Below, piece after piece: positions 46,131-60,597 of a stretch of 64,000 nt of DNA (position 1 is its first letter; the number at the start of each line of letters is the position of its first letter). The position numbers were made by a program, and so were the translations under genes. The notes under the pieces are model-generated. The model searched no databases. It saw nothing but the letters and a program-made list of their open reading frames with translations, and had not been told where the DNA came from. This DNA is from Eledone cirrhosa (lineage: Eukaryota), in assembly GCA_964016885.1 (NCBI GenBank), contig OZ024740.1, positions 215,078,001-215,142,000 on the forward strand, read 5' to 3'.

Positions 46131-48054
46131 TATAAGGGCGGTGGATTGGCAGTATCGGTAGAAGGTCGGACGCCATGCTTCGACGCATAGAGTTACGGCC
46201 CTTGCCATTCTGAGTTCAAATCCCACTGAGGTTAACTTTGCCTTTCATCCTTACGGGGTCGATAAAATAAAGTACCAGTAATGCACTGGGTAATTGCTGG
46301 CCTTGTGCCAAAAGTAGAAACAATTATTATTATTATATTCTAAAGCCAATCTCATCCAAAATGATACTAACACAACTTTATTGAACTAATTGCCTGATTT
46401 ACAATTGTAGAAGATCTCGTAGAGTTGAACGATGTTATTGTTTTCTGTGAAAAATTCCACTAACAAATATCAAAATGTAATTACAAGACAATGGACACAA
46501 TATCAACATTTATATCTAACTACTAGCAGAGGTATAAAATAGTAGTTATGTATACCATTTATGTGAATACTTCAGTGCTGCTTCTAAAACTTTACTTTTA
46601 CAAAATCATCGGCTTTTTCCAAAAGACCTCAGGGGTCCCCTACTCAATATGTGCCAATTCTGAGAGTTCACATTCATCTGTAGAACAAACGTAGCCCATG
46701 TGTCAAGTTTTGTGAAAATCGGTTGCAAACTCCAGAAGTTATGACGTTTTGTTGCATTGCACTGCAGTGCTTGAGTCGACTCCAAGGAAGAGGTTGAAGG
46801 GGGTTATCTGCCGGGAGGCTCTATATTCAATATCTGGAAAAATGAAAGTGCCCATGACCATCCGGAGTACATAAGTAACCTATGTCTTAAGTTTGGTGAA
46901 AATACTGTTGAAATGCATAAGGTTGACGTGCGTGCGTGCGGGTGTCGGCGCATATGTATGTACTGGCCTAAATCTTCACTATTTACTTTTACTATTTTCA
47001 GGCAAAGTTAAAATCGCATTGAGGTTAACTTTGCCTTACGTGGTCGATAAAATGAAGTACCAGTAATGTACTGGGTAATTGCTGGCCTTGTGCCAAAAGT
47101 AGAAACAACTATTTTAATAACCTCTGTCATTTTCGCTTACAATTTTATTTACATCATTCTTAAACTCCGGGGCTGGAAATCATTCGGTTATTTTAAATAG
47201 AATATTAGTCTAACGACTCCATTTATACCATAAACTTGGTCTTGTCTTTGCATGAAATTGTTCTTCTCAGTCCACATAACGACGTATTATCCTCGCATTT
47301 TTTCCGTTCATTACCAGGGAACGTCTTCACGAACCAAAATATCGTCTTCCTCTTTTCCTTCGGTTGCAACGTTTCTTGAAATATTTGCTTCTGCGTTCAC
47401 AGATTGAATTTTTTAGTTTCAGAAGATCCCGTTAATGTTGAAAGCAGCGATTCTTTGCTTAAATTTTAATCTGTTCTTATAACAAATATATCATCATCAT
47501 CATCATCGTTTAACGTCCATCTTCCACGCTAGCATATATAGAGAGAGAGATGCGTCTTTTTGGGTGCGTGTGTGCGGACATAAATATATATAACACACAC
47601 AGTCACAGTACGTCTTGTGTGAAAGAGAGAAAGAGACATTAGGTTGAGGAAGAGTTGAACAATGTGTAAAGAATAGATAAATAAATAAAAGTTAAAATTC
47701 CTCACTCTTTCTTTCTTTCTCAACCCCTCTCCCTTTTTTCTCATACCCTCTCTCTCTCTTTCTCTCATACCCCCTCTCTCTCTCTTCCTCTACAGAATGG
47801 AGAACAATAAAGAACGCGCAGATCTCTCTCTCTCTCTCTGTCTTTATATATATATATGTGTTTGTGTGTGTGAACCAGCGTTCGTCACCATTCTCTCTCT
47901 CTCTCTCTCTATCTATCTGATTATCTTGTACCTCTCTCTGTATAACAACCTATCTCACTCTCTCTCTCTACATCTCCCTTTCTCTCTTTAGATGTATATG
48001 TATATGTGTGTGCGTGTGTGATATATATATATATAGAGAGAGAGTTGCAATTGA

Positions 48055-48291
48055 GGGTAGTAGAGAGAGGGATTAAGCGTGTAAGAGAGAGTGTTACAGC
48101 ATGTATTTAGTTCTATTGATTTTTTTTCATAGAAGCAGGACATTTTTGGCAACGTTTATTACGCGTTGACCATCGTTGGTAAATTTGGAGCACATTGGAA
48201 AAAAAATCATCAAAATCAGTAGAGAAATGTATGAAATGCATAAAAATCACACACACACAGACAGACATCTTCTGTTTTATATCTCTAGAGA
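48055..48291 (-). mobile_element. Helitron 5' fragment, same family as 7448-8631
   Basis: Homologous to 8398-8631. Confidence 0.8.
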
Positions 48292-48958
48292 TGTCAAGCA
48301 AAATACTTTTTTATTTGTTTACTTGTATAATAATATAGTTTTTTCTTGTTTTTTGGGGGTTTTTTTTTCAAAATACAATAATTGAAGACAGAAGAGATTT
48401 AAGAATAACAAATATGAACAACTTGAAGCTATAACAATGATTGTTTCTAATATAAAGGTTTTAATTCTGTATTTTGACAATTTGTTTTAACTCTTCACAA
48501 ATTGCTGAACATCACAAAAGCCAATTCTTTCTTTTAAATTTAAGGCATTTTGCTAGAATTATTATTATAAATTGTAAGATCTATTTAAGAAGTCTATTAC
48601 TTCCATGTATTGGAAGCTAATTATGCTGTCATTCTAAATGGTATGTTTTAACACTTTTATCTCTGGATAGAGGTGAGACCTAAAACATTTTGTGGAGGAT
48701 TCAATAGGAGGAGTTGTGGCATTAATGTGTTTCCCAGTGGAATTAGCAGGGAAATGAAATAGTTTCAAATAAGAATCAATGTTTGCAATTTAATGGAAGT
48801 TTATTCTAGTCAGTATTCAACAATCAAAAATATTGTTTTAAGCCATTTTATTTCCAAGTTAAACACAAAAAATACACTTTCTATAACAAATATGAACAAA
48901 CAATAATTCTGTCATACACAAGAGTTTATTTTATGTTCTTGAGGCATAAGTTGAACTG

Positions 48959-49106
48959 AATGACCTTCATAGTTCTAACTAATCCATTTACTATATACAC
49001 TAGATCTAAATAATGACCTTCATAATTCTAACTAGTCCATTTACTGTATATACTGGATCTAAATAATGATCTTCATAGTTCTAACTAATCCATTTACTGT
49101 ATATAC
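48959..49106. repeat. 53-bp tandem repeat, about three copies
   Basis: aatgaccttcatagttctaactaatccatttact(a/g)tatacactagatctaaat, bracketed by a direct ataagttgaac on both sides. Confidence 0.85.
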
Positions 49107-49520
49107 GGGAATATAAGTTGAACCAAATATGAAGTCAAGAGACTTCAACTGTACAATTGAGTTATAAACTTAGTAATCCATGAGCTGATTGTCCAGTGAC
49201 TTGCACCATTCAGTTTAATAGGTCAGACACAAAAAGAGATTCATCTCTCAAATGTTTAACTATTTCCAATAAACAATACATTAATATAAGATGAGAGGGA
49301 GAGAATGTTCTATAAATATAAAGCCACACTGATTCAAGTGTAATTCAATAAATCCATGCTAAAGAACATTTTATCAAATATATGAGGAGATGTAATTAAA
49401 TTTATTGTGAAAATACAATTATAAATATTAAAGTAAGACATAAACATGTAAACTAGTCTTTTAATGGTATGATAATACATGTACACACACACGCATACAT
49501 GCATTTATACATATATATAT

Positions 49521-50300
49521 ATCATCATCGTTTAACGTCTATCTCCCACACTAGCATGGGTTAGAAGGGAATTGTCCCACTTGAAGCAAGATTGATCGGG
49601 TGACCGTGTCTTGCTCATATAGGATTATCTGGCAGGTTTTCTACGGCTGGATGCCCTTCCTAATACCAACCACATTTACAGTGTGGACTGGGAACTTTTT
49701 ACCGTGTTACCTACACGGCCACATTACAGTGTGGACAGTGTGTTTTTTTGTCGTGACACCTACACGACCTCATTAGTTTGGACTGGATGTTGTGGGACCA
49801 ACATAAATTTATAGTGAATGTCGGGGGGGAGTGGAAGAATGGAGTAGGTGTAGTGGGTTGGGGTGTATATTTGGTTTGAAGGGGTCTACTGACTGTAGGT
49901 TAACTTTGCACATAGGGAAGGCGGGTCTTCTGTATTACTGCGAGGCACCAAAGATCTTGATCCAGTGACATTGTCTTAGAGAGGTGCAAGTATGCAAGGT
50001 CGGATTTTATCATGTCATCCCAGGTTTTTCTGGGCCCACCTACTCCGTAACTTCCATTAATTTTGATCGCCCTGCACTTTTTTATACAGCTGTTGTCCTT
50101 CATGCGCATTACATGAACATACCAACGTAATCTTCTCTCAAGTAAACACCATCTGATCCCTCTTATTCCTAATTTCTTACTTAGTTCATTTTTGTTTTGC
50201 CGTTTGTGTATTACACATCCAACGGAGCATGCATGCTTCGTTCCTTTCCAGTCTACACACAATGCCCATGTCTCACTGCCATGTAACATTGCTGTTCAGA
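49521..50300 (-). mobile_element. RTE family A, diverged 3' end
   Basis: Encodes [10 protein letters not shown]...RRLRWYVHVMRM...PRKTWDD, followed by the UTR. Confidence 0.88.
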
Positions 50301-50314
50301 TACAAATATATATA

Positions 50315-50470
50315 TCAGATTGGAGGCGGTAAAAACCAGTTAGACCATTACTCATTAGAGTACTAGAGTGGATAATATGAAAAATTCAGGACCCTGACAG
50401 CTGAGCTCAGTTCGGATCTAGCTGTTGAAATGGCCGGAACTCAGCCGTCGGGGTCCTGAATTTTTTCCTA
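50315..50470 (-). mobile_element. PLE pseudo-LTR end with fold-back
   Basis: aattcaggaccctgacagctgag...ctcagccgtcggggtcctgaatt; related to 1476-1610. Confidence 0.65.
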
Positions 50471-50512
50471 TTTATATATATATGGACGTTAAACGTTGAT
50501 GATGATGATGAT

Positions 50513-51045
50513 ATCATCATCATCATCACCATTTTACGTCCGTTCTTCCACGCTAGCATGGGTTAGACGGGTTGTCCTGTTGTGTGCAGTGTCTGGTCGG
50601 CTGACCATGCCTTGCTCATACAGGAACTGATCTGGCTTGATTTCTAAAGCTGGATGCCCTTCCTAACACCAACCTCATTTACAGTGAGTGCTGGGTGCTT
50701 TTTCGTGGCGCCTACACGTCCACTTTACAGTGTGGGCTGGGTGCTTTTTTGCCGTGGCACCTCCACGATATAGGAGACTGAGGTGGTATGGACATGTGAT
50801 GCGCATGGAGGATGACCGATGGGTGAAGAAGTGCCAGGAAATACCAGTTGAAGGAAGACATGGTAGAGGTAGACCACGAAAAACATAGGCGGAGGTGGTG
50901 AGAACAGACCTCAGATCGTTGAAGCTCGCGGTGGAGATGATGAAGGACTGTGACGAGGGGAGAGATGCTGTGCTGAATAAGACCCGTCCCACCCTTGCGA
51001 GCAGGGAAGAGCGGATGTAAAATGATGATGATGATGATGATGATA
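50513..51045. mobile_element. Back-to-back RTE 3' ends: family C UTR (-) at 50513-50768 and family B (+) at 50770-51045
   Basis: The plus-strand piece encodes [28 protein letters not shown] and has a (GAT)n tail. The minus-strand piece mirrors 57060-57320. Confidence 0.85.
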
Positions 51046-51261
51046 TATATATAAGAGAAAAAACGAGGAAGTTTCATTTACATATGAAAATTATTTATTG
51101 TGTATCGACCTATATATACATACACACATATATATATATATGTGTGTGTATGCCATTAAAGTTTGTATATATGCTCCAACACTGACTTTGACACTATTAT
51201 TCTATGAGCATATATATATGTGTGTATGTATGTATGTATGTATGTATGTATATATTTAATA

Positions 51262-51500
51262 TTAACAGCGCTGCGATCGAATGTGGCTTTTTAGCCCAGC
51301 CAATGATCTAAAATGTCTTGCACAGAGTCGGCAACCAAAACATTCACTGGGAATAGTCGGCTGTGGTTGGAGTTCATGTACTTTTGCATGTCGTTTGAGA
51401 CCTCCTGCTGATTTACATTCTCTACCACATGCTTGGCAAGCATGATGAGTAGCATCTCCAACAGCATCCTGGAAATCAACCACTGGTCTTACTTTATTAA
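51262..51500 (-). mobile_element. Double C2H2 zinc-finger fragment, probably a retroelement ORF end
   Basis: Encodes CQACGRECKSAGGLKRHAKVH...CRLCARHFRSLAGLKSHIRS. Similar to the finger in the 27013 family; flanked by microsatellite; no splice sites linking it to RELCH. Confidence 0.55.
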
Positions 51501-51991
51501 GGGTGGAAGAACTCATAAGAGTCAACGGCCATCCAAAAGTGTGTAAATATATATATACACATGTACATATGTATGTATATGTATATGTGTATATACATGG
51601 GTGCATGTGTATGTATATGCACGGGGACATAGAAATAGTTGGGCTGGACACCTGATCACGCGGTTAAACCACTGGGAGTGAAGGACCCCTAGCCTTTGTC
51701 AGGGCATTCTTCTAGAAGGCAACTCAGGAAACTGGGATAACTCCGATATAAAACCTGCTGCTCAGTAGTTACGGACGATGTTGATATTTTCTTCTTTTCG
51801 GGTTATAGCTACTGTCGCTCAGAGAGTGGAATTGGCGGCTCAGTGCACAGTCTTTTCTCATTTTAAAAAATATCTTCATGCACAGGCATTGCACGATAGA
51901 ATTAATTAATAATTATTAATAATGGTATATCGTGCAATGGCCATACTCGATAACGAGGGGGCAGCCATCATATATTTAATATAGAAATGGC

Positions 51992-52097
51992 TTCTACAGG
52001 ACTAGAACTGTTTCATTCGGGAGAAATTATCAGGGCTTCCTGATGATTGAGTACCTTACTTACTGTGGTTAACCCCGATTGAACCCGGGATAAACTT
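51992..52097. mobile_element. Rearranged PLE terminus of the 22050 family
   Basis: An inverted hammerhead copy (minus strand: CTGATAA-tttctcccgaat-GAAA-cagttctagtcctgTA), then cctgatgat joined directly to tgagtaccttacttactgtgg. Confidence 0.7.
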
Positions 52098-52189
52098 ATA
52101 TATATATATAACAGTACTCTTTAATCATAACTTTTAAATTTATCATGCTTCCTGCTACTAGCCCTTTAACTAAATCCCCCACCAGTGTG

Positions 52190-52733
52190 AATAACTAATA
52201 ATCGTTTGGTATACACGATGATCAGCTGACGGTGGCGGGCTTCCCGCTAGCACCCCCCCGGCGCTTGAGACAGTTAACATTCCTGGAGTGCTCGGAAAAA
52301 TAAATTTCCCCTTCTTTCAGTAGACGAAAATACTTGGAATGGTTGACACACCATTGGGCCACGGATGGGCTTGGAGTCCGCAACATCGCCGGTTATTGAC
52401 TGCCAAACATGGGCTTAATCTTACTTTTTAATCTTAATCTTAACTTTATATTCTACCCTGAAACTTTATCGTATAGCTATCCGTCCACTATCCCTCATTC
52501 ACAACCTTGTTTTCCCCATGTTCCCTATGTCATTTTTTAACCTGCAATCCATCGTAAAATTCGATCCTGTAAATATTTTGTCGCACACACCACCACCAGG
52601 CACATCTCCATACTTTAACAATCATTAACATCACCAACACATATCATCCCTCCCTAAACAACGCATGTGTGTGTGTCTGTGTGTAAGTATATTTATTTGT
52701 ACAACGCCGCCATCTCCACTGGCTCTCTCTCTT

Positions 52734-52764
<31 letters not shown>

Positions 52765-53278
52765 GTGTATGTATACAACGTATTTGTCAGACTAAGTGTG
52801 TCTATGTATGTATCTCCTCATTGTATTTGACACCACCAACACATCCATCACACCACCATAACCACTATTACCACAAACAACAACACCACACCCACACCAC
52901 ACACAAATTCAGCCTCAACTACATGCCAATTTGTCTACCAACAACCAGCACCCCTACAACACCGCCCACTTCAGCCTTTGACTGTCACAACCATCTTATC
53001 ACCCCCCAGCCCCCACATACACTACAGGCAAAAACATCCCTATGAACTAATCCACCAATCAAAACAAACTTTATTGACCAACATATGAACTTCTGACTTT
53101 ATCATATAGCATGTATTCATTTTCTAATAGCATTACAAGGGGTCCAACGAGCCACAGATTACAGAGTCGGGTAAGATCGATACAGATCAAACCTTGAGCT
53201 GATCAGTGGTGAAACGCGCGTCACCAACCAATAAGTGTAATGAAGGAGTAACCAATCATCCTTTTTATCTTTTCACTA
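52190..53278 (+). mobile_element. Decayed PLE 3' end plus pseudo-LTR
   Basis: Frameshifted RMGLESA..RLLTAKHGLN (GIY-YIG end). Degenerate hammerhead ggggt-CCAACGA-gccac...gtggt-GAAA-cgcgcgTC-acc at about 53139-53225. Confidence 0.55.
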
Positions 53279-53450
53279 TATATATATATATATGTTAGAA
53301 AGGGCATCCAGCTGTAGAAATCAAGCCAGAATCAGTTCCCGTATGAGCAAGACAAGGTCAGCCGACCGGTCACTGCTCACAACAGGACAACTCGTCTAAC
53401 CCATGCTAGCGTGGAAGAACGGACGTAAAACGGTGATGTGATGATGATCA

Positions 53451-53497
<47 letters not shown>

Positions 53498-53519
53498 ATA
53501 TATATACATACATATATAT

Positions 53520-53703
53520 ACGACCACTTTGCAGTGGAATGATAGGGGCTCCAGTCCTATCATCTCATTTCTACAGCTGAGTAAACTGGAACAATGTGAA
53601 ATAAAGTGTCTTGCTCAAGGAAACAACACATCACCCGGTCTGGGAATTGAACTCACAACCTTTTGATTGCAAGCCCAATGCTCTAACCACTAAGCCATGC
53701 GCC

Positions 53704-53707
<4 letters not shown>
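53520..53707 (-). mobile_element. SINE family A 5' portion
   Basis: Minus strand: gaaggcgcatggcttagtggttagagc...gtgagttcaattccc plus the CORE-like domain. Confidence 0.85.
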
Positions 53708-53747
<40 letters not shown>

Positions 53748-54348
53748 ATAATTAACTAATTAATTTAATTAGGCAATTCTGTTGATTGGTTAATTATTTG
53801 TGTTTGTTTTATAACATCTAGTTGAGAGCTTATGATGATTAGCGGAAATTAAAATATTTCCTTTGTCTAACATTTTGAATGACCCGCCAAAAACCGGGGG
53901 TTATTTCCCTTGCCGGAATTAACACGTGACAGCTATAGATACGATACGCCGCATATATAGCAGCAACATATAGCTTATCACTTCGGTCCTGGGTAGAACG
54001 AAAAACCTGTTGAAAAACTGAATCCTCCGTTTGATCATGAATACCACGAGCTTGCTAGTCACGTAAGTCTGATATTTGATTTTGGATTCAAAGAAACACT
54101 TTAAACGATTAATCATTTGATTTGTCCAGGTGTATTTTTCTCAACCTGATTAGTTCTATCGTTACTTTGGTATATATTGTGTGTTAGATTCGCCTACCAC
54201 AATGTTCGATTTGTCAAGCTATTTAAACGTATGTTATTACTCTAAGGCCCTATCTTATCGAGTGCTTTGCTAACTCATCATTTCATATAAGTAGGCCGAA
54301 TTTACTTGCAAACCGCCAGAGATTCGATTTTACTAATTTCCAATTTTT

Positions 54349-54444
<96 letters not shown>

Positions 54445-56961
54445 AAAGAGAAAGAGAGAGAGAGAGAGAAAGAGAAAGAGAGAAAGAGAGCAGGAGTGGC
54501 TGTAAGACGAATGTGTTATGAGTGAGTATTAGTAAAGATACACTTAAGAACCTCAAAGACCACATATGACCTTCAGGCTTCAAATTCTTCATCCTTCTTT
54601 TACACCATTTAAATTCTATTCTACTTGTAATGTGTCAGTTATTAACATTAATAAATAATTAAGAACAAAACAATAGAATGTAACTCAACGCGCCAAATCT
54701 AGTCCGCCCCACTTTTTTGTTACTTTCAGTGCAGCCATCATGTACTCACACAAAGATTATTGTTCAGAATATGTGTGTGTGTGTGTGTAGGAACAAAACA
54801 TAAGATACACCTAAACAAAGTTTTTATTCCTTCTTTCTTTCTTTCTTTTCTTTTCATATTCAATTAATTTACTTTGATTGATTAACATCAATATCATGGA
54901 TTCATTAAATCTTTATTAGCATGATTCCAATAGAACGATATTATTACTTACACACAGGGCAGTGGATTGGCAGTAACGGTAGAGGGTCAGACGCCATGCT
55001 TTGCAGCAAAGAGTTACGGCCCTTTATGATCTGAGTTCAAATCCCGCCGGGTTTAACTTTGCCTTTCATCCTTACAGGGTCAATAAAATAAAATACCAGT
55101 AATGTACTGGGTAATTGCTGGCCTTGTGCCAAAAGTAGAAGCACTTATTACTGCACTCTAGCAATAGAGACCTTAAACTACTGCCAACCAATTCTTTTAG
55201 TTTTAAAATCTAAAGTTTAACATTCTAAAGCTCATAGTACTTATGTCATGCTTTCTTATTATAACTAACAGTACAAGTGTATTACAACTACTGTAGAAAA
55301 CATGCCAAACAAAGGGTCAAGAGGATTCCCCAGTTATATCAAAAGCATAACAACCTCACTAGTGCTGGTGCCATGATAAAACACACCCAGTGCACTCTGT
55401 GAAGTGGTTGCTGATAGGAAAGGCAATCAGTCATACAAAACTGCCAAACAAAGAGCCTGGAGGACTCTTCAGCTGTGTCAAGGACATGGTGACCACCCTA
55501 GTGCTGATGCCATGATAAAATGCACTCAGCAGAACATAAGAATGCTTTTTGTAAGCAATATGTAGTCTCCAATTCACGCAGCTAATGTGGGAATGTAAGT
55601 GAGCGATTGCAAGCCCCGCTTAAATGCTGACTTTATCTGTGATGACATATCCAACCCTTGCTTTCATCATCGTCATTATCTTCTGACCTCTGCTGAAATA
55701 GATTCAACAATAGATCTCCAGGTAGGTTTATCACTCATTGCATTGCCTAGATCCCAAACATCAATACCAAAGTCTCTGGCTATGAGATCTAGATGGGGAG
55801 CATACAACATCTTTGGCTGTTGACAGATGTTGGTTTCCAAAGCCCTAATGGAGACAACATCATTTTCATCATGATGACAATGGCCAGCAAATCTTACCCA
55901 CCTCTTCCGTTACAATACCAGAAATACAAGGGAGACCATCATATATTTATTTCTCTTAGTCTTATGTTACCTCTTGCTTGTTTTGAGCCCAATGAAGCAA
56001 GGATTTCTGTGCTCCATCAAAGTAGTTTTGTTGTTTGATAGTCAGGATCCAAATTTCAGTACCATTAGGTAGGGTTGGCTGTATTTTAACTTGTATTTCA
56101 GTACCATAAAGTAATATTAGTCGTATAGTAACTTGGAAAAGTCTTACTTTGGAGGAATTTGGTAGGTTGTAATGCCAGATACTGTCAAGCTCATTACATG
56201 ATGACCATGTCTGAGCTATCCTAATGTTGAGATCTTTTCCAGGGTCCATGGTCCAAGAAGTAAGGTAGAAACTTCCAGAAACTGACACTAGGGGTATCTT
56301 AATTGAGGAGACACAGGCTTTCAAAAAGCGAATACACAAACATCTCTTGTAAACACTTGCTATCAGAAATGCAGTGAACCAATGATTGATTTATTGGAAA
56401 CCTATAATCAATAACACTATTGTTCACAAAGGCATGATATGAAATATAATCCTGCCATAATAACCTTTGTACTTTATCCTTTTGATGAGGTTAAACTAAA
56501 AATATTTAATATGTAAAATAAAGTCAGTTCAATCAACTAATGACGTTTATTTCATGTAGGTCTTCCTTTTCATACATGTCATCATTCTCAGCAATTTTAT
56601 GTCCATTTTTCCATGCTGACATGGGTCGGATGAAACATTTTTGAGGCAATATTTCAGGGCTGCCTGCTCATCATGACACTGACACATACATTTCTATTTA
56701 TTTTTTAAAGTAAAATATTAATCTTCATATTTCAAACACTGAGCTGCAGGACATATTGTTTATGTGGGTCAGCCTGAGCTTACTGTAAGAAGACACTCAC
56801 CCAAGGTGCCACAAAATGTTATCAAGCCTGAAACTACAGAGAATGTTAGATGTCTCTCTTAAACATTCTTTGTTTTCCAATTGCCTAAATCATTGGATAA
56901 GAAATACTAGAAATATATACACACACACACACACATATATATATACATATATATATACACA

Positions 56962-57320
56962 CGACCGTGACCTCTGGCGTCACGCAGTAATACAGAGTAC
57001 CCGACCTCCCATGGGTACAAGCTGAAGCATATAGACAATATGCCCCCACACCGCAAGGTGGTCGTGGAGGTGCCACGGCAAAAAAGCACCTAGCCCACAC
57101 TGTAAAGTGGACGTGTAGGCGCCACGAAAGAGCACCCAGCACTCACTGTAAATGAGGTTGGTGTTAGGAAGGGCATCCAGCTGTAGAAATCAAGCCAAAT
57201 CAGTTCCTGTATGAGCAAGGCATGGTCAGCCGACCAGACACTGCCCACAACAGGACAACCCGTCTAACCCATGCTAGCGTGGAAGAACGGACGTAAAACG
57301 GTGATGATGATGATGATGAT
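56962..57320 (+). mobile_element. RTE family C 3' end, donor of the SINE A body
   Basis: Encodes DRDLWRHAVIQSTRPPMGTS then a stop. The UTR matches SINE A 4770-4920 and ends cggacgtaaaacggt(gat)n. Confidence 0.85.
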
Positions 57321-58282
57321 ATATATCATCATTATCATCATCATTTAATTTTCACTTTCCTTGCTAGCAAGGGTTGGATAGGTCTATATCCTGCTTCCAT
57401 ATGGTCATGTCAAAAGCAGAGGAGAAATTGTTGTGTCTTTTAACACAAACTGAGGGATCCACCCAACTCCTTGTTTTGCAAGCTATCTATGGCTGGATGC
57501 CCTTCCTAAAACCAACCACTTTACGTGTTCTGGGTGTATTTATCATGTAGATCAACAAAAGAGAATGAATAAAAAACCTGACTCATCATTAAAAATTAAA
57601 ATACAATAGGAAATAAATATTTAGTATCATTATAAAAATCATGACCAACATCCACCTAATATCATCAGTATCATCGCTATTTGTCTCATTTTATTTTTAA
57701 CTTTATTCTGTCTTCATTTTTGCTTTTGTATTTATCTATTTATTTATTATTCCATTGTCAACAATTTTTCTTTGGAAATATAACTTGTTAAAGTGAAGAA
57801 AGTATTTCTTCAAAATGAAACAAAAATATCTTTAAAATTATCAAATATAATAAATACAATAATTATGGGATACAAAAAATAAAATTTTGAAACTAGGATT
57901 TTTTTTCAACACACTAATGCATATGTGTATGTGTGAGCGTGTGTGTGTGTGCACATGTATACATTTATATGTATGAGTATATAAATATAAACGTGGAAAC
58001 ACAAACACACAAACAAAAATACACACTTGCAGACATACATTCAAACACTCACACACACATATACATTTACAAAATAACACACACTCACACAGTGTAGCAA
58101 ATGGAACGCCAGCCGCTGTTTTAAAATAGTTTTTTCACCATATCCCTTCCTTCCTTTTACACACATGCATACACACACACACACACACACACACGTTGTG
58201 TGACGGATGGATGGAAGTCACTCAAATTTATATGTAGATGTAGTCTGTATAATATATAACACAATAATAATGGGATACAAAC

Positions 58283-58389
58283 CTAAGTTCTTGGAATGCA
58301 GCCTGTATACTATCTAATGGTGCTTGACAAATTGCCAAAGTCATAACAACATCTTGAAGGAATTTAAATAACTGATTGTGGTCATCCTC
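58283..58389 (-). CDS. RELCH: RELCH/KIAA1468 (RAB11-binding LisH/coiled-coil/HEAT protein) internal coding exon, first of three in the window
   Basis: Minus strand: tttatttag|GAG...CTTAG|gtttgt. 107 nt, phase 0 to 2, encoding EDDHNQLFKFLQDVVMTLAICQAPLDSIQAAFQEL. Matches recalled human RELCH EEDRKLLVGFLEDVMTLLSLSHAPLDSLKASFVEL. The end phase fits the next exon. Confidence 0.9.
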
Positions 58390-59406
58390 CTAAATAAAGG
58401 AAAAGAAATAAATTATTTTTATAAGAAATCATTTTTTTTTTAAACATTAAGAAGAATCCAAGGAGTTAGGATATGAAGTAGTAAACAATGTTTTGTTTAT
58501 ACATAAAGTTTTGTGTCTCACTGTTCTGAGTTCAAATCCCACTAACAGTGATTTAATCTTTCATTTACGTTGGGTCAATATAAATACAATTAAACCCCTC
58601 CAATATTTTGTTTCAATATACTTGTGCTTTGGTTTTTACCAAACTGATTTTCTATTGACTCTAAATATGTTAGTATGATCATGTTTTTAATTTCTTTCTT
58701 AGTCTCATATTGGTGATAAAAAATGTCAGCTAGTAATATTAATAATAATGATTTCTACTTTAGGCACAAGGCCAGAAATTTGGGGGAAGGGGAAAGTTGA
58801 TTAAACCGACCCCAGTGCTTTATTTTATCGACCTCGTAAGGATGAATGGCAAAGCTAACTTCGGCGGGATTTGAAATCAGAACGTAAAGGGCCATAACTC
58901 TATGCTGCAAAGCATGTTGTCTGACACTCTGACACTCTACCGAATCTACCAATCCGCCACCCATAATAATAATAATACATATGTATAGTATATATACTTA
59001 AGCTCTCCCTGCATGATATGAATAAGATGAAAGTGAAGAGTTATAAAGCTAATTTTTGATTACCACAGCCCCAAGAGAATATGCAGTGAATATGGAACCT
59101 CCCTTAATATGATAACACTACATATCATCATCATCAACATCCAGTGGCTTCAGCTGAAATCGACTCAACAATTGATCTCCACATTGGTCTGTCGTTCATT
59201 GCCGTTGCCAAATCCTGCATTTCAATACCAGAATCTCTGGAGATGACATCGGTATTGAGCAACAATGAAACACAGAGATTGTAGAGAAATCTTCCCATAT
59301 GAGTTAATTTGTTTAGTAATTTTTAAATCAATCAATAAATTGGGATGACTATGAACTGGTGAGCTAAGTTATTCTTATTCATTTGGTGGTATATACTTAG
59401 GGCACA

Positions 59407-59449
<43 letters not shown>

Positions 59450-59465
59450 CTATACACGCAAATAT

Positions 59466-59502
<37 letters not shown>

Positions 59503-59679
59503 ATCATCATTGTCACCGTTTAATGTCCATTTTTCCACACTGGCATGGGTTAGATGAGTAATCTTGTTGTGAGTAATGCCAGGTCAGATGACCACGTCAT
59601 GCTCATATAGAACGATATATGTATATATACATACATGTGTGTGTATATGTGTGTCTGTATATATATATATATATATCCA

Positions 59680-59872
59680 TATGTGGTTGACGCCTGAGAA
59701 AAAGGAGTACTCAATACCGATGTAGAGTTTTAATATTCATTTTATTTAGGGTAAACAGTGAGTCTTGTTACTCTGAAGTTTTGCCTGTTTATCACAGGGT
59801 CACCAGACTTGATGACCCTGTGATATGTGATAAACAAGCGGAACTCCAGAGTAAAAAGACTCACTGTTTAGC
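59680..59872. mobile_element. Fold-back PLE-like terminus
   Basis: aaacagtgagtctt...tttatcaca / tgtgataaa...aagactcactgttt, with gtactcaata at 59707. Confidence 0.6.
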
Positions 59873-59875
59873 CTT

Positions 59876-59928
<53 letters not shown>

Positions 59929-60597
59929 TACATACATACATACATACATACATACAGAAATATTCTCTTTCTCTTTTCTCCTTAAAATTGAGTCTCAACA
60001 AATGTAAATGAAAAACAAAATAAATAACAACTTTCAGCATTTATCTGACAATTGAAGAAAGGAAAGAGAAGACAAAGATATTTGTAATATTTTCGTTGTG
60101 TAAAAGATGAAAAGATAAAGAAACTGAAGTCACTGAAGTATGGGGGGGGGGGGGGGGGGTGTTCAGAGAAACACTTATATTGGAAACATCTAAAAAATAT
60201 TGGACAAAAGAGAAATATGAAAAGTGTGATGATGATGAAAAGGTCAAAGTAAATTAATGTCTGAAGATCTTCAATGAAAGAAAGAAGAAAAGGCGGCTGA
60301 TGTGAGGGGGTGGGAGAGGGGGGGGGGGACGTGCAGATAATGTGTGTGTCAGTGTGTAGGTGTGTGTGTGTATGTGATCGCATATGCAGATAATGTGTGT
60401 GTGTGTGCAAGCATATGCACATAATTGTGTGTGTGTGTGCGAGCATATGCAGATAATGTGTGTATGTGTGTATGTGTGCGTGTACATATGCAGATGATAA
60501 TGTGTATGTGTTTGTGCGTGTGTGTATTTGAACATATGCAGATAATGTGTGAGTATTCTGTGTATGTGTGCATATGCATATGCAAATGATGTGCGTG

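Noticed and set aside
51262-51651. Host C2H2 zinc-finger gene exon
   Set aside because: It lacks TGEKP linkers and splice context, and resembles the fingers on retroelement tails at 27090-27150 and 29205-29280.
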